Positions 1 through 12,840 of a stretch of 64,000 bases of DNA are shown here, in pieces. Within the stretch, counting starts at the first letter, position 1. Every line of letters starts with the position of its first letter. The notes below the pieces were generated by a model. It saw only the letters and a list, made by a program, of their open reading frames with translations, ran no database searches and had not been told where the DNA came from. Source of the stretch: Raja brachyura (taxonomy: Eukaryota); NCBI GenBank assembly GCA_963514005.1, contig OY740799.1, positions 17,112,001 through 17,176,000 of the forward strand. Direction: 5' to 3'. Both the position numbers and the translations under genes were made by a program.

Positions 1-1535
1 GCTGATGGGACTGAAGGCTGATAAATCCCCAGGGCCTGGTGATCTGCATCCCAGGGTCCCAAGTGGCTCTAGAAATCGTGGACGCATTGGTGATCATTTT
101 CTAATGTTCTATAGATTCAGGATCAGTTCTTGTGGATTGGAGGGAAGCTAATGTTATCCCACCTTTTAAGAAAGGCAGAAGAGAGAAAACAGGGAATTAT
201 AGACCAGCTAGCCTGACATCAGTGGTGGGGAAGATGCTGGAGTCAATCATAAAAGATGAAATAGCGGCACATTTGGATAGCAGTAACAGGATCGGTACGA
301 GTTAGCATGGATTTGTGAAGGGGAAATCATGATTGACTAATCTTCTGGAATTTTTTGAAGATGTAACTAGGAAAATGGACAAGGGAGAGCCAGTGGATGT
401 AGTGTACCTGGACTTTCAGAAAGCATTTGATAAGGTCCCACATAGGAGATTAGTGGGCAAAATTAGGGCACATGGTATTGGGGGTAGAGTGCCACCATGG
501 ATAGAAAATTGGTTGGCAGACAGGAAACAAAGAGTAGGGATTAACGGGTCCCTTTCAGAATGGCAATCAGTGACTAGTGGGGTACCACAAGGCTTGGTGC
601 AGGGACTGCTGCTATTTACAATATACATCAATGATTTAGATGATGGGATTCAAAGTAACATTAGCAAATTTGGAGATGTCACAAAGCTGTGAGAACTGTG
701 AGGAGGATGCTATGACAAATGCAGGGTGACTTGGACAGGGTGGGTGAGTGGGCAGATGCATGGTTGAGGCAGTTTAATGTGGATAAATGTGAGGTTATCC
801 ACTTTGGTAGCAAAAACAGGAAGGCAGATTATTATCTAAATGATGTCAAGTTCGGAAAAGAGGAAGCACAACAGGATCGGGGGGGTCCTTGTTCATCAGT
901 CAATTAAAGTAAGCATGCAGGTACAGCAGGCAGTGACGAAAGCGAATGGCAGGTCGGCCTGCATAACAAGAGGAGTTGAGTATAGGAGCAAAGAGGTCCT
1001 TTTGCAGTTGTATAGGACCCTAGTGAGACCACACCTGGAGTATTGCGTGCAGTTTTGGTCCCCTAATTTGAGGAAGGACATTCTTGCTATTGATGGAGTA
1101 CAATGTAGGTTCACAAGGTTAAACCCTGGGATAGCGGGACTATCATATGCCGAGAGAACGGAGCGGCTGGGCTTGTATTCACTTGAATTTAGAAGGATCA
1201 GAGGGGGTCTTATTGAAACATATAAAATTAAGGGTTTGGACATGCTAGAGGCAGGAAGCATGTTCCCGATATTGGAAAGAGCCGAGTAGATGAGGAAACA
1301 CTTTTTCTCACAGAGAGTTGCGAGTCTGTAGAATTCTCTGCCTCATAGGGCGGTGGAGGCCAGTTCTCTGGATACTTTCAAGAGAGCTTGATAGGGCTGT
1401 TAAAGATAGCAGAGTCAGGGGATATGGGGAGAAGGCAGGAACAGGGTACTGATTGTGGATGGTCAGCCATGATCACATTGAATGGTGGTGCTGGCTCGAA
1501 GGGCTGAATGGCCTACTCCTGCACCTATTGTCTAT
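1..1535 (+). mobile_element. CR1-clade LINE (HER1-like), 3' part, frameshifted RT
   Basis: ORFs with VVYLDFQKAFDKVPH, SGVPQG, LVRPHLEYCVQFWSP; typical 3'UTR ending gggctgaatggcctactcctgcacctatt. Confidence 0.92.
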
Positions 1536-1536
1536 A

Positions 1537-1925
1537 ACACATTTTCCTTCCATTCATTAACCCATAATTCTATTGCCAATCAGTTACATGCCAGATTATC
1601 CAAGGAGGTTCCACACCGCAGACATTAAACTCACTGGGTTGAACAAACAGCAACATAGCACATGGCCTTTAACCTGAAAAGAATCAGATGGAAACACACG
1701 CCGACGCAGATTACTCTGGGTGGACCTTTCTTGACCAGCAGGGATGCAATGTATCACTATTGATGCCTGTGTTTTTAATCTGGTTCTGATTTCATGTGCT
1801 GTGTATCTGTTTGTTCAACCCAGTGTTTGACATCTGCAGTGTGGAGCCTCCTCAAATAACCTTGAATCGAAATGAAAGTTGCCAATTGAAGTATGAACAA
1901 AGAAATGGAAGGTAATCATGTTAAT
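1537..1925. repeat. Degenerate fold-back (long inverted repeat), probable ancient MITE
   Basis: 1603-1664 aggaggttccacaccgcagacattaaactcactgggttgaacaaacagcaacatagcacatg pairs with 1793-1852; outer arms (ttccttccatt / aatggaaggtaa) also pair. Confidence 0.7.
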
Positions 1926-2859
1926 AATGGCTTGTAGTTCTGGAGAAACCCAAGGGTAAACATGTTAAAAAATGAATCTGTGACTAATTTACAGTAACAA
2001 GAGCATTGATGAGGTTGGCTTGGTTTGCATTTGTTTTCCGTGCTGCATGACAACGTCTATAATCCCATTTACTATCCTAGGTCCATAAAATTGCAGCTTA
2101 CAACTCATCAACTACCTAGGCAGTGCAACAAAATATTTACTAACCCCAGTAAAAAAAAAATATGCTCCTTTTAATCTTTTTTATTGATGAAATTCAATCT
2201 TTGTCCCTGGTTTTTAATCTCATCACCAAGGGAAATATGCTCTTCCTATTAACTCTTTTATACACCACACTCAAGACCCCTCCAGTCTTCTCTGCTCCAA
2301 ATAAATCAACCATTGCATGTTCAATTTTATTTCATAGTAAAAATTACCCAGTCCTTACAACTACTTCAATTCTCCTCTGTACCCTCTCCAGTACAAGCAG
2401 CTCCTTACTGTAAATGTGGTGACCAGAACTGTATGCAGTATTCAGGTTGTGGTCTAGCTGGTGTTGCATACAGTTTTGGCATCACCTCCCTGCTCTTAGA
2501 TTTGGTCATAGTTAATAAAAGAATCCCATATGGCTTTGTAACCACTACCTTGAAGTATCTGCAGCCATACTTCTCAATCGTCTCCTGTTTATTGGGAATT
2601 TTCTTCCCGCTCCAAATGCATTACCTCACTTTTCTGGATCAAACTTTGTTGGCAATAACCAATTAACTAAACCATCTACATCTTTCCATTCTATTCCCCC
2701 TCCTTCTCTACCTTCCAAACCTACATTTAATCTCATATCCTCCTGACAAGATGGCTTCAAACCTCCCCAAATCAATTGCAAACCCAGTGGGTGGCACCAA
2801 AAGCACTGCTTTCTACAAAGTCAACCTGTTGGACACCCTCAATCCTGTACTCAATCCTA

Positions 2860-3110
2860 CATAGAAAATAGGTGCAGGAGTAGGCCATTCCGCCCTTTGA
2901 GCCAGCACTGCCATTCAATATGATCCTGGCTGATCAACCAAAATCAGTACCCCGGTCCCGCTTTCTCCCCATATCCCTTGATTCCGTTCATCCCAAGAAC
3001 TATATCTAACTCTCTCTTGAAAACATCCAGTGAATTAGCCTCCACTTCTTTCCGTGGCAGAGAATTCCACAGATTCACAACTATCTGGGTGAAAAGGTTT
3101 CTTTTCAGGC
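2860..3110 (-). mobile_element. CR1 LINE 3' tail fragment
   Basis: catagaaaataggtgcaggagtaggccatt..., reverse complement of the 3'UTR of the element at 1-1535. Confidence 0.85.
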
Positions 3111-3867
3111 TTTGGTACAAATATGGAACACGTCCCTTGGCTCCTCAGCCTCCCACTTTTTCAGCAGCCACTCATTGGTATTCTAGCCCTGGCACCAGGG
3201 TGGCAATATTCCATCCTGGAATCACATCTACAAGTATGGAAGCACTGCCCAGTGAAATCCCCATTACTGCTGCTCTCCTCTCCGCAGTCGACTCTCCCGC
3301 GAGGTCATGACATTGACCGTCTGCACTACAGAGGAGAAGCCTCACCCTGTCTGTTCTCTGATTAGACAGCATATCCCTTGGGTTTCTCCAGAACTACAAG
3401 CCGGGTTTTGGTTTGAGGAGTCTGGCAATCATCCAGTCCCTCAAGCTGTGGGACGATCATTCTCTACAATGTGCGAGCCACAAACACTCAAACGGACTGC
3501 AGCGACGTTAGCAGTCAAGGTCCAAACCCCCAGACCTCAAGCTGTCCCAGCTGACAACACTCCCAGCACCCGTGTTTGTCCAAAACACAGGAATTGTCCC
3601 AGAGTTTCCATACGACACAGGATGCACATCCCATAGGTCAAAGGTGGCCTGCTTCAATTTAGTAGATGAACTCACCAAGCAGAATAAAACTCGTTTAATA
3701 ACACAAGGCACCCACCAGCCATCACCTCTACTCGCATTCGGAACCCAGCCTAACACTGCCATTTCTTGCTTCTTTTCTTTTGAGAGGAGAACACTGTGAA
3801 TAATATTATTTCCACTTCTCCCAACAAGCACTGAAACACCAAAACACAAGCTAATTACAGAGAAATT

Positions 3868-3972
3868 AATCAGTCTGAAGAAGGGTCTCGACCTAAAACG
3901 TCATCCGTTACTTCTCTCCAAAGATACTGCCTGACCCAGCTCAGTTGCTCCAACAGTTTGTGTCTACCTTCG
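3868..3972 (+). mobile_element. Half copy of the palindromic (Penelope-like) element
   Basis: ctgaagaagggtctcgacctaaaacgtc...gctccaacagtttgtgtctacc; same family as 36658-36876. Confidence 0.65.
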
Positions 3973-6145
3973 ACATGATTAGGGAAATATAGCTCAGAGA
4001 TGGGAAGCCAGTTACTAAATCCAAGTATGGATCGAGCATCTTGGACAATACAGCTCACCCCCTCCATGACACACTGGTCAACCCGAGGGGCACCTTCAGA
4101 AACAGACTGGTGCCACTAAGATGCAGCACAGAACACCACAGGAGATCTTTTTTCCCCCCGCCTCGCCCTCTCCAATCTTTGCATATCCTCAATCCTTTCC
4201 ACTTGTCACTCTAATTCCATGTTTCATGTATCTTGTGTGTTATGACTATTGGCAGACCAATTTCCCTCCTGGGATAAATAACGTTCTATCGCATCACTTT
4301 TCAGTCTTTCCCTATCAAGACAAGGAGACCCTAGGCATGCTCATTCTTTTGTTTCTCCTGGTATCATTCAAATAACTGCACACCACTCTCTCTGGTGCCT
4401 TTTTGTTACCTACCACCCCTCCCCCTATGAACCTCACATCCACCAATTCCTCGAAAATAACCCTCACAAGTAACAACCACGTCCATCTCAATCCGAAGAA
4501 GTTTCACATAAAATCCCTAATCCTCTCCACAGTTGGGTATCGCGGGCTCCTTGCTGCCAGCAAGTCACTCAGGAGGCCGCTAAGACCAGAGTTGGATGGG
4601 AACCCCAAGGTAAAATGGATCACATGTACGGAGGTGGTCACTATACCGAGTGAATGACAATTAACGACAGAAGTGTAAAGAATACAAGCAGACATTGTAC
4701 ATTTGGCCTTTTTGTAACAGTGACAGTATCCAACCATTCACTTCAGTAACCATTTACTAATTTGATCTCCACTGCTTACTGTGGCAGAGAATTTCTGTAG
4801 GTTGACCACCCTGGATTGCATACGATCAACTGCATCTTTCCTGTCAAATGAGAGATACCATTCCGGGAATGAGTTTAGTAAAACATGGTCGTACTCCCTC
4901 ACCAGTTCCAAGCTGCACACTAAACACCAGATATGGTGTTCAATCCCAGGGTAGCTGTCGTTTGACATCTCTGCTCCTGCACTGATGCAAATGTGCCGCT
5001 TGGCTTCCTGGTTACTCATATTCAGCAACTGGCATGGCAGGACACTCCGTTCATATTGCATCTTCCAGTTTCATCCAATCTATCACCATTGTGGTAATAA
5101 TCTCTTTTCATTTTTTTGGGTACCAAAATAGATAATGTCAAACTGTATCTGCCAAACACTTGCCCACTCACAGAACTAGTCAAAGTCACAGTGGAGCCCT
5201 TTTTGCCTGCTCTTCAGTCACCCCATCTCCCCCAGTCATACACAGACTTGAGGCAACTAAATGCAACATCGCTCATCTAAAGTCACCGCGTTACATTAAG
5301 ATCCAAACAGCAAATCCCTGTGGTACTCCATTATTCACTGCCCATGTTTATTCCTACTCCATTTCCTGACAAGCTCTCAATCTTTGTCAGAATATTGACC
5401 TCAATCCCATGCACTTTAAATGTGTACACTAATCTTATCATTTTATCAAAAGCCTACTCAAAAATGAAATGGACCACATCTACCAGTCCTACCTTAACTA
5501 ATTTGTAAACTAAATTCTCATACAAAATTCCATTAAATTTGTTAAGCATGATTTCGCCTTCATAAACCCTTGCCAACTATGTCCAATCTTGTTAATGTTT
5601 TCCAAGTATTCTGCTGTTGTAACTGATGCCAGCTTTTTCTCAACTGGCAATTACTTTTACTGGTCTGTAATTCCCTCTTTTTCCACTGCATTTCCTTTCT
5701 TTTAAAAAGACCTCCAGTCTGCAGCAATTGCTCTGGTATAAAGAATTTTAGACGATGACCACTATTTCCAGGGCCATTTCCTTTAGTACTCTGGTATGTA
5801 GATTATCAGGGCCTGGTAATCTATCATCTTTTAGTGCAAGTGGAATTGAACAGAGGTATTTCCCAACAAATACAGACAGTGTCCAACTCCCTCTAGGGCC
5901 TTGGTTCTCTCACCCATCTGGGAGGTTATCTGTGTCCTGTGTGGAGATAGAACCAAAGAATGCAGTTAATTGTTCTTCCACTTTGTTCCAAATACAAATT
6001 TCCCCATTTCTGACCTACATTTGCCTTCACTGACCTTAATCTCTTCAAATATTCAAAGTAGATTTTAGTCCAGTTTTTATCACTCGTGCAAGCATACTCC
6101 ACTTCCCTTTCAAAACATACACGTTCTTCTTTGCAAGGAACATTA

Positions 6146-6415
6146 GTTTAGATTAGAGATACAGTACAGAAACGGGCGTTTCAGCCCACCGAGTCCATTC
6201 TGATCAGCGATTCTCTCATACTAACAGTATCCTACACACACCAATTAGCCTACAAACCTGTACGTTTTTGTAGTGTGGGAGGAAACCGCAGCATCCAGAG
6301 AAAACCCACGCAGGTCACATGGAGAACGTACAAACTCCGTACGGACAGCCCCCGGATCGAACCTGGGTCTCTGGCGCTGCAAGGCAGCAACTCTACTGCT
6401 GCGCCACCATGCCGC
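6146..6415 (-). mobile_element. tRNA-derived V-SINE (HE1-like)
   Basis: Reverse complement reads ggcggcatggtggcgcagcagtagagttgctgcc (A-box), ggttcgatcc (B-box), V-domain gtacggagtttgtacgttctcc, and a CR1-like tail. Confidence 0.85.
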
Positions 6416-7041
6416 CCATTCAGAATGAACGGTCTGCATATATTCACAGCAAGTCCAGTTTTGTTTCCCAATGTATTGCCCAACCTACTGACCATTCCCG
6501 ACATGTTCTCATACTTCACTGTTCAAACCCTGGATGAGAATGCAAACCTCCAGTGGTCAGGAATAATCAAAATCAATTGTGTGCAACAAAGCAGTAATCG
6601 ATTAATGGCGCAACACAGCAGGAATTTCAGCACATTCACTAGCAACAGAAGCATGGAAATTGTGCTTGTTCAGCCATGAGATGAATAGCAATGGTGATTC
6701 TGGAGAAAGGTGAATGTCAGACAGCAAATGGAGGAAGTTTCTCATTTTCAAAAAACAAAATCACAAAATTAATTAGACTGAATGAAAAGAATTTTTGGCA
6801 TGGTGTTGAAATTATGTGGGAGGCACAAGGAGGTACAGAAGGATTAAAATCTCAGGGAGGAAGGGAACACCTAGCTGGAATTAAAACAGACACGAAAGGA
6901 AAAGAGCCAGGGGAAGTGCAATAGCCCGGAACCACAGGAAACCGCAACACTCTGGGATGGGGCCAGTCACCACAGGACCAGGCTACAGCTCAGCCACTAC
7001 TGGCATCAAAACCATTGGCAATGAAGGAGTACAAATCCACA

Positions 7042-7130
7042 GATAGACACAAAAAGCTGGAGTAACAGCGGGACAGGGAGCATCTCTGGAGAGACGGAAT
7101 GGGCGACGTTTTGGGTCAAGACCCTTCTTC
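7042..7130 (-). mobile_element. Half copy of the palindromic (Penelope-like) element
   Basis: agacacaaaaagctggagtaac...gacgttttgggtcaagacccttcttc. Confidence 0.65.
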
Positions 7131-9800
7131 GGGTCCACAGCCAGGTTGTTCTCGGGACCTGGTTATGCCAACTAATTTAGCCTTTTTGACATTTAACAAC
7201 TTAATTGACACTCCTGATGCAGTTGGCCATGCAGGAGTCTGTAACCCTCTAAAGTCTCTCATTTCACACTAAAGCTGCTTCAATGTGGGTGGGGCGGGGC
7301 AGGCCGGGCCCTTGGGTATTTGACAGAGTCATGCAAACCCAACAGGCAGGCTCTTGCAAGGAGCGGCGCTGGGGGACAGCCGGGACATGGCAAGCTGTCA
7401 GACTCCAAGGTTATCACTGACACATTCCTGCCAGCTGCCCGAGCAGCTGTATATAGCTCGAGCTCAGCACAGGGTGGGGGAAGGGGGTGAGGAGAGCGGC
7501 TTGGGACAGGCGTGACTTTGCAAATGTGTGGGGAATATTCTGGAAGGACAACCCGTTGAACCACAGCACCGCAAGACAGCTGGAGCCCGGCAGCTACCAA
7601 CAGGAATTACTTCCTGAATGGATGTCTGGGTGGAGGGCGGGTGAAGGGGGAAATGAAAGGAAAATTGGAAACAAAAAGGACAGACTGCCGACTGAACCTT
7701 TTTGTTTCACTGATCAAACTGATTCAAGGGGCCAAGTAAGTTCAAGGCTGATCATTTTTTGCCGTCCCCTGGACAGGGGCCAAGACGGTTTTAACTCCAG
7801 ACCAAGATTAAATGAGCAGCCAAGACAAAGGGTTGAAGGGTGGGAGCCACTCCCCTTATAGTCACAATTCAGAGATTGAAATATTGACCCAAAAGATGAA
7901 TACATGTAGAGTAAATGCAAGGATCACTTTCATGTGACAGCAACAGGATATGTACATTTTTCTACCCCAAACGCGAGGAGAAAAATCACTAATGTGTGGG
8001 CATGCAGATGAAAGCTTTCAGATCCCAATTGGTAATTTCCAATTCGTGTAGGAGAGATTATGGAGAGATACTGTATCAAGCACACCCACTAACTCCACAG
8101 TAGCACAAGAGCATGTGATTCATGCCAGGACTCCCTATCATCTTTTCTCGCAATCTAATCCCCTCATCAGCTGCTACTAATAACTATGAAATAAGAATGT
8201 GGAGGAAAACAGAAAACATTTCAGACAGCGAGACCAACTGTGAGACAGTGCCAACCAACCCTGGCCCTACAACAACAACTTGCATGACATAGCATCTTCA
8301 ATGTAGCAAAGTTCCCCCAGGGATCTCCATCGGATCAGGTACCAGACAAAAACTGACATCATGCGACAGGTGACAAAAAGTTTGGTCAACGAGATAGTAG
8401 TGGAGAGGTAGAGAGGTCAGGGAGCGAATGACAAACCACAGAATGCCATGGTCCAAGTCAGTCTCACTGTCTGAGATGCTGTGGTGAAGATAAGAGCTAT
8501 TGAAGTTCCCTTATTCACTCAAAAGTACTATCAATGTTAAAAAGACTGGCCCCTTCACATCCTTATAATACCCAAACCACTTGACAACGACCATACTCAG
8601 GAAGTGATTTGTTGTATTTCAGGAAACTCGGCAAGTAGTTTATCTGGAACACAATTCCAACATCATTAATCGTGATCAATCATTTAATCACCTGCATCGG
8701 TGAAGATGGTTGAAATATGTATCGGTCAGAACACTAGGCAAAATCTCCACTACTCTGGGGTTCGGGGACAGTCTCGTCTCCTGGGACTCGTGTTCAATTC
8801 TGACCTCAGGTGCTATCTGTGTGGGGTTTTCACATTCCTTCAATAACATAGGTTTCATCCCATGCTCCCACATCCCAAACGCCTGCTGATTAGTTGCTAC
8901 TGTGAGTTACCATAATGGGATTACCATGGGAAATAGCAAAAATAACGTTAAAAAGTGTGTTTTGCAAGGCTAGGAAAAGGAGGTAGAATTGCACTGTTGG
9001 GAGTTGATGTGGAATCAATAGGCTGAACCTCCTCCTGGGTCAGAATGTAAGCACATTTCCAACAGTGCTGTTGGATTTAACAATGCCCATGGATTCACAG
9101 CACAGCACAGCAAGATGCCCTTCTGGGCCAGGGCAATGGGTCCCTTTATCACACACACTCATCGCCAAATTACTAATTTTAGCTACAGCAGTACTAGCCG
9201 TTAGTAGACATGATAAGATTCTGTATAAATAGAAATTTGTCCAGATTTAGTGTATTACGGAATCCAGGGAACGATCCAGGATAGAAGGCAGAAATTGGAA
9301 GCAGTTTGCCTCACTTCCTCCATAGGTCCGTTCACGCCCTCCCTTCAAATCCCATTCGCTGCCCAAAGTTACAACAAAATAATCTGCTTGCCCGGTCCAT
9401 CCGGACTCCATCTGAGATCGTAAAAGTACATTGTAACCACGCTGGTGATCTTGTTCATCACCCCCAACTGTGTGTGTCCCCAGTTACAAACCATTGTGCC
9501 GCTGGAGGAGATCTTTGTCCTTATTATGCTGAAACTATGGGTTCCCTCAAAGTATCGAAGGAACTGCATCTCAGATCGTAAGATCAGAACTGCCCCAGGA
9601 GTAGGCTGAAGGCAAGGGGTTTAGTGTGGGTCCCCTGCTCCCCACGGGGTGAGCGTGTGGTCTTGGGTCTGACACATGGTTTGTCCCAGGCGCCCACTGT
9701 AAGCGAGACCCATTGAGAAGGCTGGGCGACAGGGGGGGGATGGGGGGGGGGAAGGAGCGAGAGGAGGACAAGGGGATCACATGGCGGGCGGGGCACCTAC

Positions 9801-10146
9801 CGATAGAGACTAGTTTAATCCGCTCTCTGTCCAGGAACTCCAGGGCCACCGAGACGTTCTCCAGCTTCATCTGACGGAAGTTGGGCCGCGAGTGGTACTT
9901 TCTGTACATCTTCTTCTGGCTGAGGACCTCGAGGAGCCCGATCAGCCTCAGGCCGTCGCCCAGGTCCTTCTGCAGGTCGCCGATGCGCTTGTTCATACAC
10001 TTGAGGTGCTCGTTGCACCAACGGGTGAAGGTGTTCTGCTGGATCTTCTTCCAGGGCGCGTCCTCTGCCAGGTCCTTCTCGGTTGCCGGCATCTCGCCGT
10101 CGTCCTGCCCGTTGGCGGCATGTCCTTGCTGATCCATGGAAGTCAT
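9801..10146 (-). CDS. FLNC: Filamin C, first coding exon (N-terminal CH1 of the actin-binding domain); gene continues beyond position 1
   Basis: Translates MTSMDQ...[32 protein letters not shown]...[29 protein letters not shown] then a phase-1 donor G|gtaggt at 9800. [11 protein letters not shown] is the filamin-C form (FLNA/FLNB have RPTFRQMQLEN). The CCDC136-like upstream neighbour matches known CCDC136-FLNC synteny. Confidence 0.93.
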
Positions 10147-10149
10147 GGC

Positions 10150-10660
10150 CGGGATGTGGCGCTAAAACTTTGCTCAAACTTTGCGGGGTCGGTGCACAAG
10201 CCGTGAGTGAGTGAGTGAGTGAGTGAGTGAGTCCGCGTTTGCCTCTGCCGATTCTGGGCGCTGCCCTACACCAAGTGTCCACTCCGCCCGAAGGCTGTTC
10301 TCCTCGGCTCCCTCTCGCCGAATGATCGCGTTCCCAGCCCAGCCGCACTTTTTAATCAGTGACGGCTGCTCCGAGTTCACGTCAGAGCCCAGGATCGCCA
10401 GGAATCCCGAGGCCATGTCCATATAAACCCCGCACCGAATCAAGTGTTCGCGGCCCGCGGCGACCGCCCCTCCCCGCCCCCGGGGCTAATCATAGCCACC
10501 CGCTCATTGCGCAGCGCCGCTCACTCCAACCTTATTTTTAGAACAGCAAACACTCGAGGGCACGAATGGGTTAATCAAGTTCCTGCCTGTGTGTTCATAG
10601 ATGAACTTTCCAGTAAAGGGGGAGGGGGAGAGGGGGCTGTCTTGGGCCCTCCCAATTTAT
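10150..10660 (-). promoter_or_regulatory. GC/CpG-rich FLNC promoter and 5'UTR
   Basis: CpG-rich island just upstream of the ATG; GC box ccccgcccc at 10472-10480; CRE-like TGACGTG on minus at ~10378-10384; MEF2 site CTAAAAATAA on minus at 10532-10541; AT-rich TTAAAAA near 10350; (GTGA)7 microsatellite at 10203-10232. Confidence 0.7.
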
Positions 10661-11659
10661 TCTCCCAGAATTAACATCCAGCCACCCAAATGGGTTAATT
10701 TTTCCACGTTAGGACGGTCTGTGCATGAAGGAGTTAATTCACTAATCTTCAATTCACGCCTTTGCCCCAAATCTACTCTTTCAAGTATTAACCTGTACCT
10801 CCCATTCAGTGGGTCAACTCCCCTGTAGAAGGGACTCAAATGTTTTCATTGTATTTAGTGATAAACTCTACAGGAAAATGTGTATTCAATGGATTAATAA
10901 TCCAGATTAGGGCAAATCCGCTTCACTTCCACCTTTATTCAAATTAATCCTCGGAGGGTGCAATTAACCAAGACTTCTGTCCCGAATAGATAAATGTCCC
11001 TGAACAGATAATTCCCCCCATCTCTCTCTCGCTTCTCCCTCCCCCCCACATTTCTCATGTCCTATTCTACAGATGTGGTTGGATTCCTGCAACAAAAAGT
11101 GACAGTATGGAAATCCAAAGGGAGCACCAAACACACTGAGCTCAGCTGCTATTTCTGAATATCTTAGGACCAGTATTAAAATAAGAGGTTAATTTTTACT
11201 CATTTATTTCTGCACCTCCTGCCTCCTTACAAGAATAGCTGTACGCATGTCCTCATTGATCACATTTAGCACAAGGCATCATTGCCAGGGGCTGGGCATC
11301 ATCACTCAGCAATGTAACAACCCATTATCGAACGCTCCAGCAACACTGCCTTTCACTTTAATAAAGTAATTAAATATGTTTTTCTTCATACCTTAAAGGT
11401 GCCTCACAAGGCATCAGTTTCTGAATTAGTTGGGTGACCCGTGTGTGACATTCCTCATAGACCAATGCTGGGGTTTCTAATCATCTCCATTGCTCCTCTG
11501 GTCCCTGTTCAGGATCTGACTCACATTTCCTATGCCAGATCCTTCTAACCTTCTGTATCCAAGACAGTAAATCTTTATGTTTGGACTAAGATCCTAGAAC
11601 AGATGCTTCTCTCACATGTTCACCTGTTCTCTGATTTCTCACTATCACCTGCCTATTAG

Positions 11660-12840
11660 CTCAGCATAGTGACGGCGGTGTTAGTAGGTGAGCATTTTGG
11701 GACAGTGACCATAATACTATTAGTTTTTAAATAGTTATGAGGACAGATAGAACTGGTCCACAGGTTAAGGTCCTACATAGGGGCAGGTCAATTTTTGTGG
11801 CATTCAGCAGGAGCTTCTAGAAATCCGTTGGGCGCAACTGTTTGCAGGGAAAGCGATGTCTGGTAAATGGGAGGATTTTAAAAGCAAAATAGCAATATTC
11901 ATGGACAGCATGTTTGTGTTATGGTGAAAAGCAACACTAGCACATTTACGGAAATCTGGTGAGAGATATTGAGGCTCCAGTCAAGAAAAGAAATGCCTGT
12001 TTTGGGGCATCTGGATCAAGCACATCCCTCAACGAGTACACACGTGAGAATACATTTAAAATGGAAATCAGGAAGGCAAAAAAGGGCAAGGTAAAATAAA
12101 ATCCCTAGTGATTCTTCAGGTATATTAGGAGTAAAAGGGTAGCTGGGGAGAAATATATCCCCTTAAAGATCAGCTTGGTTGTCTATGTGTAGAGTCACAG
12201 GAGGGATGAGATTTTTTTTATAAATAGTTCTTAGCAGTTTTTACTGTGGAATAGATCGGTCAGAGTACAAGAAGTTGGAAAGTTAAGTTGCAGTTGTACA
12301 AGATATTGGTGAGGTCACGTTTGGAGTTTTGTGTACAGTTGTGGTTACCTTGCTATTCAAAAGATGCCATTAAGTTAGAAAGAGAGCAAAGAAGATTTAC
12401 GAGAATATTGCCAGGACTCGAAAGCTTGTGTTGTAATGAGAAGTTGAGCAAGCTAGGATTTTATTTCTTGGAGCATAGGAAACTGAAGGGTAGTGTTATA
12501 GAGGCGTAAAATCATGATGGGCATAGATAAGATGAATGCATACAGTCTTTTTCCCAGGAAAAGGAAATCGAAAACTAGATGACATTGGTTTAGGATGAAA
12601 GGGGACAGACTTATAAGAGGCACCATCTTCACTCAGAGAGTGATTCATATATTGGAACAAGCTGACAGAGGAAGTGGTTGAGGCAGGTACAATGACAACG
12701 TTTTAAAAAACATTTGGAAGGTCAAGGTTTAGAAACATGAGTGAAAGATGAGCAAATCAAACTAGCTTAGATGAGCCTCTAGGTCCACGTGGATAAGTTG
12801 GACTGAATGGCCTGTTTCTGTGTTGTATACTCCATGACTC
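11660..12840 (+). mobile_element. Older CR1 LINE fragment, internally deleted
   Basis: gagcattttgggacagtgaccataa (end of endonuclease) joined to LYKILVRSRLEFCVQLW and a CR1 3'UTR. Confidence 0.8.

Noticed and set aside
333-1289. Functional reverse transcriptase gene
   Set aside because: Multiple frameshifts and stops, and the catalytic FADD is mutated to FGDV; a dead CR1 copy.
6146-6415. tRNA-like A/B boxes here and at ~42800, 52550 and 60700
   Set aside because: These are SINE heads, not cloverleaf tRNA genes.
9571-9800. C-terminal extension of the filamin ORF
   Set aside because: Intron read-through after the conserved phase-1 donor at 9800.
9801-10146. Alternative assignment to FLNA or FLNB
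   Set aside because: Diagnostic [11 protein letters not shown] residues and the CCDC136-type LWCWWAET tail in the neighbouring gene both favour FLNC.
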